From the NCBI GenBank assembly GCA_964607485.1, contig CAZSKP010000004.1:64001-128000 (forward strand): 64,000 nucleotides of DNA, read 5' to 3'. Position 1 is the first letter of the stretch. The number at the start of each line of letters is the position of its first letter. Both the position numbers and the translations under genes were made by a program. Below are positions 51,923 through 60,462 of this stretch, in pieces. The stretch comes from an uncultured bacterium (GTDB lineage: Bacteria > Abyssobacteria > SURF-5). A model generated the notes under the pieces. That model was not told the DNA's origin and did no database searches. It saw only the letters and a program-made list of their open reading frames with translations.

Positions 51923-52749
51923 GTCTGGGGTGGTGTGCCGCCTTCTTCTTGAAGCATTTGTTCTATGCTTTTTATGAAGCCCGAAAAATCAAAGGACGTG
52001 TCCCATGTGTAGGGGAGGTCCACAATTTCACCCGGATTCGAGGCCGATGCGAGCACGTTCAGCGCATCCTTCAGAACCTGGGTCTGAAGCTCGACATCAT
52101 GCGGTTTGCCGCATTGATGGCCGAGCGGGAAATTGAGGAATGCGCTGCGAGGAGGTTTGACCCGGGCCATCATGTATCTGCACGAGCCGAGGTAAATTGT
52201 GGAGAGTCCGGCTTCTTCGATCTTGCGTGCTATCAGTCCGACCGACTGATGGTCCAGCGGTCAGGCCGGGACAAGCAGGACAAAATCTGCGCCCTCCCGT
52301 TTCAGAAGAGCCAGTATTTCGGGCACAGTCTCATTCTGTAGCGCTGTGCGTTTATAGAGCCGACCCATCCCGAGCGTGACCGCAATCGGCGCCAACTTTC
52401 CTATGTACCGTTCAGCCTCGAGTTCCTTCAGCCGCTCGACGGGAAACACGCAGTTTAGGTCATTTGCGGCGTCTCTGTGGTCGAAGTAGTTGTGATGAAG
52501 CCTGAGCCTTTCGTATGGGGTGTCGATTGGAATCTGACGGAAGCTCAAGTCATTCACAGCCCAAGGGTTGAACGGCTCTTGGTCGTCTCTGGAAATGCCG
52601 GCTGAACTGACCAGCGCCAGGCAACCTTCTTTCAGCGGTTTGCTCAGCGAAGACCACGGACTCGTGTCAAATTCGGACCATTTATAGGGCGGGAATCCTT
52701 GACTCTGATACATCTCGTTGAGGGCCGATACATAATCTATGGGCTTCAT
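51919..52749 (-). CDS. GrdB/PrdB-like reductase selenoprotein B family protein, Sec (UGA) at codon 163
   Basis: ORFs 52261-52749 and 51919-52173 are in one frame separated only by TGA; readthrough gives LLVPA-U-PLDHQSVGLIARKIEEAGLST..VKPPR..FPLGH. Confidence 0.85.
52232..52250 (-). promoter_or_regulatory. bacterial SECIS-like hairpin
   Basis: ATCAGTC-GGTCG-GACTGAT; G-led loop starting 17 nt after the UGA. Confidence 0.7.
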
Positions 52750-52796
52750 TTATTGCACCTCCTTGCCGTGTAATGAGAAATGCCCGCAAGAGACCA

Positions 52797-53921
52797 TCAG
52801 AGTCCCATTTCCCGGGCAACTAATTCTCTGTGAAAATCCGCATCTCCGAACATCTGTTCCGCGGCCTTCGCCCGTTTGAAGTAGAGCTGGAGGTCATGCT
52901 CTTCCATAAAGCCGATGCCGCCGATAACCTGGTGGCCCAACGCTACCAGTTTGCGGTGGGAATCGCTCACCCAAGCCTTGCACATCGAGGCTTCCAGCTC
53001 GAAAGGAAGTCCTGAGGCGATTCTCCACGCCGCCTCGTACGTCATGTATTTGACCGTATCGGCATATGTGAGCATGTTGGCGCAGTGATGCTGAACGGCT
53101 TGAAATGCGCCGACCGGGCGACCAAACTGTGTCCGATCCTTGACGTAGGTGACCGCCATTTCCAGAACTTTCTGGGCCGCACCGACCATCTCAGCGCTCT
53201 TGGCAACGGCAGACATCAGGAGCACTTTCTTCAGGATGTGCCATGCCGTGCCAACTTCTCCAAGCACGTTGTTCCTCGGCACCGCGACCTCATCGAAAAT
53301 CACCTCACACTGCTTATCGCCCGCCAGCGTGTCGAGGGGGGCAATCTTGATTCCGTCGCTCTTCGCGTCAACCAGGAACAGAGTGACGTCCTCCGGTTCC
53401 GCACCGGTTCTGGCGACACAAATGATGGTATCGGCCACATGAGCGTCCGGCACAAAGAGTTTCGTTCCGGAAAGGATATACTGGTCGTCCCGAAGCCTGG
53501 CAGCCAGCTTTATTGCATCGGGAGAGTAAGTGCCGGCTTGTTCCAGCCATGCCAGTGTCAGAATACGACTCCCTTCGGCGAGTTCGGGCAGGATTTCCGC
53601 CTTTTGTTCCTCGCTTCCCGCTTCAATCAGCGTGAGTCCGCCAAGGACAACGGTGGAGAAAAACGGTCCCGGCAGGCAATAATGGCCCATCTCAGCCAGA
53701 AGGACCACCAGATCGAGAAAGGTCATATCGGAGCCGCCATATTCTTCCGAAACCAGAAGGCCCATCCATCCCAACTCGGCCATCTTCCGCCAGAGGTTCT
53801 GCGTGAACCCCTGTTTATCCTTTGCCATTTCCCGCACAAGCTCGCTCGGACATTCGTCGGCCAGAAACTTGTGCGCCGATTCCCTGAGCATATTCTGTTC
53901 TTCCGTAAGGTCGTAATACAT
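52797..53921 (-). CDS. acyl-CoA dehydrogenase, beta-type subunit
   Basis: LWRKMAELGW, LSGTKLFV, RTQFGRPVGAFQAVQH, GGIGFMEEHDLQLY. Confidence 0.9.
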   Translation of the reverse strand: MYYDLTEEQNMLRESAHKFLADECPSELVREMAKDKQGFTQNLWRKMAELGWMGLLVSEEYGGSDMTFLDLVVLLAEMGHYCLPGPFFSTVVLGGLTLIEAGSEEQKAEILPELAEGSRILTLAWLEQAGTYSPDAIKLAARLRDDQYILSGTKLFVPDAHVADTIICVARTGAEPEDVTLFLVDAKSDGIKIAPLDTLAGDKQCEVIFDEVAVPRNNVLGEVGTAWHILKKVLLMSAVAKSAEMVGAAQKVLEMAVTYVKDRTQFGRPVGAFQAVQHHCANMLTYADTVKYMTYEAAWRIASGLPFELEASMCKAWVSDSHRKLVALGHQVIGGIGFMEEHDLQLYFKRAKAAEQMFGDADFHRELVAREMGL

Positions 53922-53938
53922 TTTCCTCTTTCCCTTCC

Positions 53939-55105
53939 CTATTTTCGCGGGAGCTCCAGTCCTCTCAGGGCCATGATGCCTCGCTGTATCTCGGACGTTC
54001 CGGCATATATCGTCTCGACGACGCTGTTGCGATACAGGTGCTCGATCTGTCCGGCCAGTACCGCATGCTTTGAGCCCTTCTTCAATTGGCCATACATGCC
54101 CAATATCTCCGTGGCTGTATTGGCAATGTGTTGGGCTGTTTCGGTGGCGAACAGTTTTTGCATCGATGCCTGGTAGTTCGGGTGCTGGTCGGTGTCGAGC
54201 ATGTGAGCCAACCTGTAGTAGAGGTGCTTGTTGCACTCCACCTCAATCCTCAACTGGGCCAGTTTCTGCCGAACCAACGGCTTCTTTGACAACATTTCCC
54301 CGTCCACCTCGGTCCGCTTGGCGTATTCCACTAATTCATCAAATACCCGACGATAAACCGCGAGCGGGAACATCCTCTCGAAGTCCAGGGCATGCATGAC
54401 ATAGTAGAATCCTGCGTTCAGGTTGCCGACAAGGTTTTTCTTCGGCACCTTGACATCGTCATAATAGACCTCGTTGGTACGCCAGCCGGCCATGGTAATC
54501 AAAGGGCGAATCGTGATGCCGGGGCTTTTCAGGTCCACGATGAGAATTGACATTCCTTGATATTTCCCCGCGTCGGGGTCGGTTATTGATGCCAGCCAGT
54601 GATAGTCGGCCACGTGGGCATGAGTGTTGAACGTCTTTTGGCCGTTGACGGTGAAAAAGTCGCCGTCATCCACCGCCCGAATGCTCAAAGCTGCAAGGTC
54701 GGAACCTGCCTGAGGCTCTGTGTAGCCGAGGCAGAATTCCACCTCTCCCCGCGCGATAGGCAGCAGCCATTCCTGTTTCATTTCCTCGCTGCCAAAGTGC
54801 ATGATGGTTGGGCCCGCCATGTGCGCGGCAACAAAAATCAATGGCACCCCGGCCAGCGCCATCTCTTCCCGTATCGCGAAGGCTAATGTCGTCGAAGCGC
54901 CCAATCCGCCATACTCCTTGGGCCAGTTGGGCGTCAACCATCCGTTCGCTGCAAACTTCTTGATAAACTTGCGCCCCTCTTCTCCCCCGTAGATATATCC
55001 CAATTGCAGGGTCTCGGCCAACAACTCCGGCGTCGATTCAGACCTCAGAAACTCTCGGACGTCTTCCAGCAACGTCCGCTCCTCTGGTGAAAAACCGAAG
55101 TCCAT
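53939..55105 (-). CDS. acyl-CoA dehydrogenase, alpha-type subunit
   Basis: CLGYTEPQAGSDLA, VNGQK, NEVYYDDV, TIYAGTSEIQR. Confidence 0.92.
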   Translation of the reverse strand: MDFGFSPEERTLLEDVREFLRSESTPELLAETLQLGYIYGGEEGRKFIKKFAANGWLTPNWPKEYGGLGASTTLAFAIREEMALAGVPLIFVAAHMAGPTIMHFGSEEMKQEWLLPIARGEVEFCLGYTEPQAGSDLAALSIRAVDDGDFFTVNGQKTFNTHAHVADYHWLASITDPDAGKYQGMSILIVDLKSPGITIRPLITMAGWRTNEVYYDDVKVPKKNLVGNLNAGFYYVMHALDFERMFPLAVYRRVFDELVEYAKRTEVDGEMLSKKPLVRQKLAQLRIEVECNKHLYYRLAHMLDTDQHPNYQASMQKLFATETAQHIANTATEILGMYGQLKKGSKHAVLAGQIEHLYRNSVVETIYAGTSEIQRGIMALRGLELPRK

Positions 55106-55153
55106 TATCTGGTTCCTCCCATCGATTTAACTTTACCCGTGTTACGGGCCGGA

Positions 55154-55558
55154 CTATGAGCCGGACACGTAGGCTCCCTTCTTTTCCTCAGCGATGTTGT
55201 TTATGTATGCAAAATTCAGGAAGTATTCCAATGTACCCAGATACTTGCCGGACTTATCCCTGATTGCGAAAAAACAATTCAAGGCCCTGAGTCCCCAATC
55301 CTCTTTTATTACCCAGAACTCGTCTTCGTCCTTCTTTCCGCTCTTGAAATCCGACAGCATCTTTTCAAGCCTCGGTAGGCTGCTCTCTTTGTGGCAATCC
55401 CGGACGTCTTTTCCGAGGCTTTCTTCGGGGGGCTCCAGCAGGCGGGCCTTGGAGTTGTTCCAGTACCTGACGCGATCATTCTCGTCGATGAACAGAAGTT
55501 GAAACGGCATCGCATCGAACATACCTTCTATCTGTTCCGCTGTAAGCTTTTCGATCAT
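55154..55558 (-). CDS. PAS-domain protein
   Basis: FDAMPFQLLFIDENDRVRYWN..LGKDVRDCH..IRDKSGKYLGTLE. Confidence 0.8.
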   Translation of the reverse strand: MIEKLTAEQIEGMFDAMPFQLLFIDENDRVRYWNNSKARLLEPPEESLGKDVRDCHKESSLPRLEKMLSDFKSGKKDEDEFWVIKEDWGLRALNCFFAIRDKSGKYLGTLEYFLNFAYINNIAEEKKGAYVSGS

Positions 55559-55721
55559 GTTTCGCTCCTCTCCGTGGACGGCCTGAACGAATAACCGAAA
55601 CTATACTACTCGGTGGCCTCGGCTTTTTCAAGACAATCTCAATGGAAGCGAACGCGTGGGAGAGCTTTCTCCGAAGAGGCGGCATTGTTCACCCGCAGAA
55701 TTGTCACGAAGCATCCTTGGC

Positions 55722-55820
55722 CGTGCAGAATTGGAGAACGATCCGTGACTCATCTGGAGCGGTATGTGAGCGATCGGATGAGTGATGGTTGCGCTCTGGA
55801 GGTGGGGAAAATTGTCAAGG
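55722..55820 (-). repeat. intergenic repeat family, copy J (inverted)
   Basis: Minus strand: CCTTGACA..AGCGCAACCATCACTCATCCGATCGCTCACATACCGCTCCAGATGAGTCACGGATCGTTCTCCAATTCTGCAC. Confidence 0.8.
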
Positions 55821-56675
55821 CTTGGCCGCGAGGTCGAGTTTCGCGGCGAGATTGAACACCGCCCAAGCGCCGCAGAGGTCGCAGTCCACATCGTTACCGT
55901 AGCAGCAGAAGGGGCTTACAAACTCGTCACCCGCGAGATAGAGCGGCAGCAGGTATTTCTTTACCGGACAGTTGTCGGTGACGGCCCTCGCGTTATCGGA
56001 TAGCGTGAGTTCAAGGGCGCGGCGGGTGTTCCAGATGAAATCGGGGTACTTCTCCTTCAGCCTGATCACTTCTCGCACGGCTTTATCCCGCCGTTCGAGG
56101 GAGCCCCAGGTAAATTCTGAATCGTCATTGCTGTGAGGGACATAGAAAGAAAAGGTCATGCCCTCGGCCCGTGTCGGCCGCAAGAGCTCAACCAGCTCTT
56201 CGAGGGCGTCCTCACTGGCTTTCGTCACGGCACACTGACACATGAGTGTCGGCCCAAACTCTTTAGGTACCCGCGACAAAGTGTGCATCACCTTTGCGAA
56301 TGCGCCCTTGCCTCGGGTGGAATCGTTCAGCTCGGGCGGGCCGTCTATTGATACTACATATGTGCATCGGGGCAGGTCTATCGGATCGAGCGTGCCATTG
56401 GTCGTGACAATGTTTCTTTGAAAAAGCTTGGTTCCCTCGGTCAGCACGTCGGGCCTGAGGAGGGGTTCTCCACCCATCCATAGCATGGTCTGTAATCCAT
56501 GGCGCTCCTTCAGCTCGGATATTTTCCGCAGCATCGTCGCGGTGTCCATCTCTTCGCTCGGGTCGTTCGGGTTTCCGTCGCGGTAGATGAAACAGTGCTT
56601 GCAACGAAGGGTGCATCTGTTTGTTATGTTGATGACCGCCGCGGGGTATTGTCTGGCATCAGTTTTCGCTTCCAC
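55815..56675 (-). CDS. radical SAM protein
   Basis: CTLRCKHC, GGEPLL, TNG, VSIDG, Cys-rich tail CCYG..DCDLCG; GTG start after GGAG. Confidence 0.88.
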   Translation of the reverse strand: MEAKTDARQYPAAVINITNRCTLRCKHCFIYRDGNPNDPSEEMDTATMLRKISELKERHGLQTMLWMGGEPLLRPDVLTEGTKLFQRNIVTTNGTLDPIDLPRCTYVVSIDGPPELNDSTRGKGAFAKVMHTLSRVPKEFGPTLMCQCAVTKASEDALEELVELLRPTRAEGMTFSFYVPHSNDDSEFTWGSLERRDKAVREVIRLKEKYPDFIWNTRRALELTLSDNARAVTDNCPVKKYLLPLYLAGDEFVSPFCCYGNDVDCDLCGAWAVFNLAAKLDLAAKP

Positions 56676-56798
56676 CGTTCTTCTCCTTGAAGACCGCCAA
56701 CTCAACCAGTTCCCGGATGATACAACATATGAGGATGCGAGGATAGTGATTGCTGCCCGTAGGCTTCGACCCGGCAGCAAGAATTTCTTCGATCAAGA

Positions 56799-58055
56799 TC
56801 ATCCTCGTCTGAGACTCTCAGTCTCAGACCTGCTCCGGGGCTTCAGCGATTCAACAAAAGCTTCCATCCGGGTGAAAACAGGACCCTCCGCATATGCACG
56901 TTCATCGTTCATGTCCGCTTCCACGAGGATCCCCGGCACTCCTGTCCACTCCGATAACATATTCTTAATGTCGTATTGTCCGAACGAATAAGGTCTGCAG
57001 CTTCTATTTGAATGAAATATCACTCCGTCAATTGCATACTCCTCGATGATTGAACGCATCAGCTTTGCACGATGCTGTATGCTCATGTTTACGAATGCCG
57101 ACGCATACGCGCGCGCGATACCGTCCAGTGGGTCATCTGCCTCGAGATCGTAAGACACCCATCCGTTAAGATACGTGGATGCTACCACACAGGCCCCGAG
57201 GCCGGCGAATTTCTCGGACAAGCTTCGAGTCTTGAACCAGATGGGAAGATTATCCCAAAGAAGACGGTACTTCTCGTTCGGAACGGCGGCCACCCCCTGC
57301 GCCACACGCTCCTCCAGCTCATCCTTGAGAATTTCGTAAAAATCAATTACCTCCTGCTTGCCGCGAAGAGTCACGACGGGCGCCATCAAGACAAAACCGT
57401 CAAAGGCGCTGATAGGGGAAGGAATACTCTTGCAGATTGCAAGCGTGTCTCCCCAGAGTCGTGACGCCTTACTCGAAAGCGCGACGACTTCTCTCAGGCG
57501 CTCCACGTCGAACCGCGTGCCCACGAGGGATTCGAGCCGACCGGCGGCCCGGTCGAGTTGGCGTCTCACATAATTGAGCGCATTCTCAGTCAAGTCTTCG
57601 TGTATGAATGGAGTGTCTATGTAAATGAGAGGGACGTTGAAAAGACGAGCCAGGGCCTCATACCATTTCGTCACCATGCCGCAGGTGTTATTGCAGCAGA
57701 GCAGGGAATCGGGCTTCGGAAGACCCATTATCGGGCTCTTTCCGGTGAGAGCGGAGCCGATATCACAGCGAGCGTAGGAACAGATGTCCCGCGAATATCC
57801 CTCGCGCTCGGCTATTTCGCACAGCTCCACACCCATTTTGGCGGCGCCGCACATTGCCGCATGATTCTCAGGATAGACGGGAATCACGTCCATCGCAATC
57901 AGAAGTTCGACGGGTCCTCCGCCCGTGATCCATGCAACTTTACGATTGTTCTCGGCCGCATTCTTGGCTTCGAGATAATAGGTTGACATCATTTCCCTCA
58001 TGATTCGACTCGACCGAATCTTGCGAGGGGGTGTCTTTGAAATGCCGTTATCCAT
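56799..58055 (-). CDS. 2-hydroxyacyl-CoA dehydratase / benzoyl-CoA reductase subunit (HGD-D family)
   Basis: PVYPENH, GYSRDICSY, NNTC...KWYE, HSNRSCRP, TRMEAFVE. Confidence 0.87.
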   Translation of the reverse strand: MDNGISKTPPRKIRSSRIMREMMSTYYLEAKNAAENNRKVAWITGGGPVELLIAMDVIPVYPENHAAMCGAAKMGVELCEIAEREGYSRDICSYARCDIGSALTGKSPIMGLPKPDSLLCCNNTCGMVTKWYEALARLFNVPLIYIDTPFIHEDLTENALNYVRRQLDRAAGRLESLVGTRFDVERLREVVALSSKASRLWGDTLAICKSIPSPISAFDGFVLMAPVVTLRGKQEVIDFYEILKDELEERVAQGVAAVPNEKYRLLWDNLPIWFKTRSLSEKFAGLGACVVASTYLNGWVSYDLEADDPLDGIARAYASAFVNMSIQHRAKLMRSIIEEYAIDGVIFHSNRSCRPYSFGQYDIKNMLSEWTGVPGILVEADMNDERAYAEGPVFTRMEAFVESLKPRSRSETESLRRG

Positions 58056-58157
58056 AGAGAACCTCGGCTGCATCTGATATTTTCGTCGATTTACTCGCCA
58101 GAATCAGGCTATCATCTCGCAACCATGATACTCGCCCGCCGCTCTAATTTCAAGCAA

Positions 58158-58205
58158 TCCGAGGCCATCCTATACCGCGGCTTCGACCGGGGGCTGTGGA
58201 GGTGA
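58158..58205 (+). pseudogene. comM: 48-bp copy of the comM 3' terminus
   Basis: SEAILYRGFDRGLWR* versus [15 protein letters not shown] at 47002-47049; 38/48 nt identical. Confidence 0.8.
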
Positions 58206-58325
58206 GAAACCAACGAGAAGTCGGGGACTTGATTCTGCCGACTGCTTAGAGTAGAGTCATCTGTAAGAATCATGACGACGTGACTCCTTGACCACGTCAG
58301 AGCTACCTCGGAAAGGGAACAGAAA

Positions 58326-59036
58326 ATGGCAAAGGCTGACAACCCAAGGGAGTATCCGCCCGGATCTTTCGATTCTTTTCGAATCAGGGACGAGAAAAAT
58401 TTTCTGGCCGGAACTCGCGAGCATCCGGAAGAATTGGCAAGCGCCGGCAGAATTTTTCTTGAATTTATTTACGGCCTCCAAGCTCTTGGGACTCTCGGGC
58501 CGTGCGTGACCGTGTTCGGCTCGGCGCGGTTTCCCGAGGAACATCGCTATTACAAACTGGCGCGCGAACTCGGCAGGAGGCTGGCGGAAGAGGGATTCAC
58601 CGTCATGACCGGCGGCGGGCCCGGCATCATGGAGGCCGCAAACCGCGGCGCCAGGGACGCCGGCGGGCTGAGCATCGGATGCAACATAGAGCTTCCCAGC
58701 GAGCAAGAACTGAATCCATACGTTGACCGATTTGTCGAGTTTGAGCATTTCTTCGTGCGGAAGGTCATGCTGGTGAAATATTCCCAAGCATTCGTCGTCA
58801 TGCCCGGCGGATTCGGCACGCTCGACGAGGTGTTCGAAACGCTGACGCTCATCCAGACGAACAAGATCGAGTCGTTCCCCGTCATCGCCATGGGAGGAGA
58901 GTTCTGGGGGGCGCTGACAGGATTTATTCGCGACACGATGGTCGTAGAAGGAACGATAAGCGCTTCGGACCTCAGCCTGATTCACCTCACCGATTCGGTT
59001 GGCGAAGCGATGGAGGTCATCCGACAGGGGATGTAA
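58326..59036 (+). CDS. LOG family (Rossmann-fold) nucleotide phosphoribohydrolase-like protein
   Basis: VFGSAR, TGGGPGIMEAANRG, FFVRK, PGGFGTLDE. Confidence 0.92.
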   Translation: MAKADNPREYPPGSFDSFRIRDEKNFLAGTREHPEELASAGRIFLEFIYGLQALGTLGPCVTVFGSARFPEEHRYYKLARELGRRLAEEGFTVMTGGGPGIMEAANRGARDAGGLSIGCNIELPSEQELNPYVDRFVEFEHFFVRKVMLVKYSQAFVVMPGGFGTLDEVFETLTLIQTNKIESFPVIAMGGEFWGALTGFIRDTMVVEGTISASDLSLIHLTDSVGEAMEVIRQGM

Positions 59037-59224
59037 TCGCATCCGGCGACATGCTGCACAAAGCCCTCGAAAAGCGTGCAAAAATGGGGCTTTTCCTCTC
59101 TCTCTCCTGAATGGTTTCCGACTTGCAATCGGGGCCACCGATTTGGTATTATGGATATTGGGCCGAATTCAAGGCGTACACCCCGGATGAGAATCTCTGT
59201 GGCTTGGCAAAAGGAGCAAGTTCT

Positions 59225-59707
59225 ATGGGTCCGAATCAAGAAGCCACGGCACATCGCGCCTCTCAGAACCCCCGCATTCTTCTTGTGGAGAACGACGCGA
59301 ATGCCGGCAAGGGGCTTCAGACGGTTCTGAGAGAGGAAGGCTATGCCGTTGAGCTGGCGACGACGGGATCAAGCGCACTCGAGTCGTTCAGGGGAAATGG
59401 TTTTGATCTTGTTGTGGCCGACCTTCGGTTGCCGGACATTGACGGCATGGATGTGCTCAAGCAGATCAGTAATGAACGTCCCGAAACGAAAATGCTGGTC
59501 ATCACCGAACATCCGTCGATCTCTTCGGCGGTGGCGGCGGTGAAAATCGGCGTGATCGATTATCTCCGAAAACCTTTCACGGACGATGAGTTCAAGGCGG
59601 CCGTTGCCTCTGCTCTTAAGTCCAGCCAAGGGGCTTCAATGGAGAATCTCCTCGTCGAGACCCATCAGGGGCGTCTGAGAAAGTTGTCGAATTCTGGAAC
59701 GAGCTGA
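59225..59707 (+). CDS. response regulator receiver protein
   Basis: ILLVEND, ADLRLPDIDG, YLRKPF; AAGGAG RBS. Confidence 0.85.
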   Translation: MGPNQEATAHRASQNPRILLVENDANAGKGLQTVLREEGYAVELATTGSSALESFRGNGFDLVVADLRLPDIDGMDVLKQISNERPETKMLVITEHPSISSAVAAVKIGVIDYLRKPFTDDEFKAAVASALKSSQGASMENLLVETHQGRLRKLSNSGTS

Positions 59708-59931
59708 TGGATAGAGGCTCGGAGGCCCTTGAGGGGTATCGGCTTTCCCGCCAGGCCAAGGCCGCGATGCTATCGGGCGATTTTAGAATGGATTCGAAAA
59801 GATGTCGGAGATTTGTCGGAAGAACGGCTCGGCTGCATTAATAAGCCGCTTGAGCGGGAGGCTTGGTAGGTTCTTGTCGATGTTGACAACGGATGCTTGA
59901 CTCAATCTCAGTGGTTGGGAGGATTGGACTT

Positions 59932-60462
59932 ATGGATATTGGCGCACTTGAATCTCCGGTTTCGGAGGATATTGCTGAAATTGAAAAAACCAATTCGGCC
60001 ATGCGGAAAGAATTCGAAGGGAAGCCCGAGGAACTCATCCCCATCCTCCAAATGGTTCAGAGATCGCTGGGGTATCTTCCTGAGGAATCGCTCCTCGAGA
60101 TAGCGCGGTTCATTCGTGTGCCGGAGGCCCGCGTATTTGCTGTCGCAACCTTTTACGCCCAATTTCGATTCACGCCGATAGGGAGACATCATGTGTTGGT
60201 CTGCAGGGGCACTGCGTGTCACGTCAGGGGGGCCCCTCGAATATTGGATGAAATAAAGAAGGACCTGCGCATAGAGGAAGGAGAGACCACGCCCGACAGG
60301 GAGTTTTCACTCGAGACCGTGGCCTGCATCGGCGCGTGTGGTGTGGCTCCGAATATGGTGATAAACGAACGAACCTACGGCCGACTTACGAAGAAAAGGA
60401 TCAAAGAGATATTTGCGGAGATTAGGTCCGAAAACGATGGGAAGGAAAATGAAAAACAATAA
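59932..60462 (+). CDS. NuoE-like 2Fe-2S subunit
   Basis: LIPILQ..LGYLP, ATFY, CRGTAC, CIGAC..AP. Confidence 0.92.
   Translation: MDIGALESPVSEDIAEIEKTNSAMRKEFEGKPEELIPILQMVQRSLGYLPEESLLEIARFIRVPEARVFAVATFYAQFRFTPIGRHHVLVCRGTACHVRGAPRILDEIKKDLRIEEGETTPDREFSLETVACIGACGVAPNMVINERTYGRLTKKRIKEIFAEIRSENDGKENEKQ

Noticed and set aside
7629-55820. Repeat family as CRISPR repeats or integron attC sites
   Set aside because: Copies are kilobases apart and degenerate, there are no cas or intI genes, and there are no RYYYAAC/GTTRRRY ends or long dyad.
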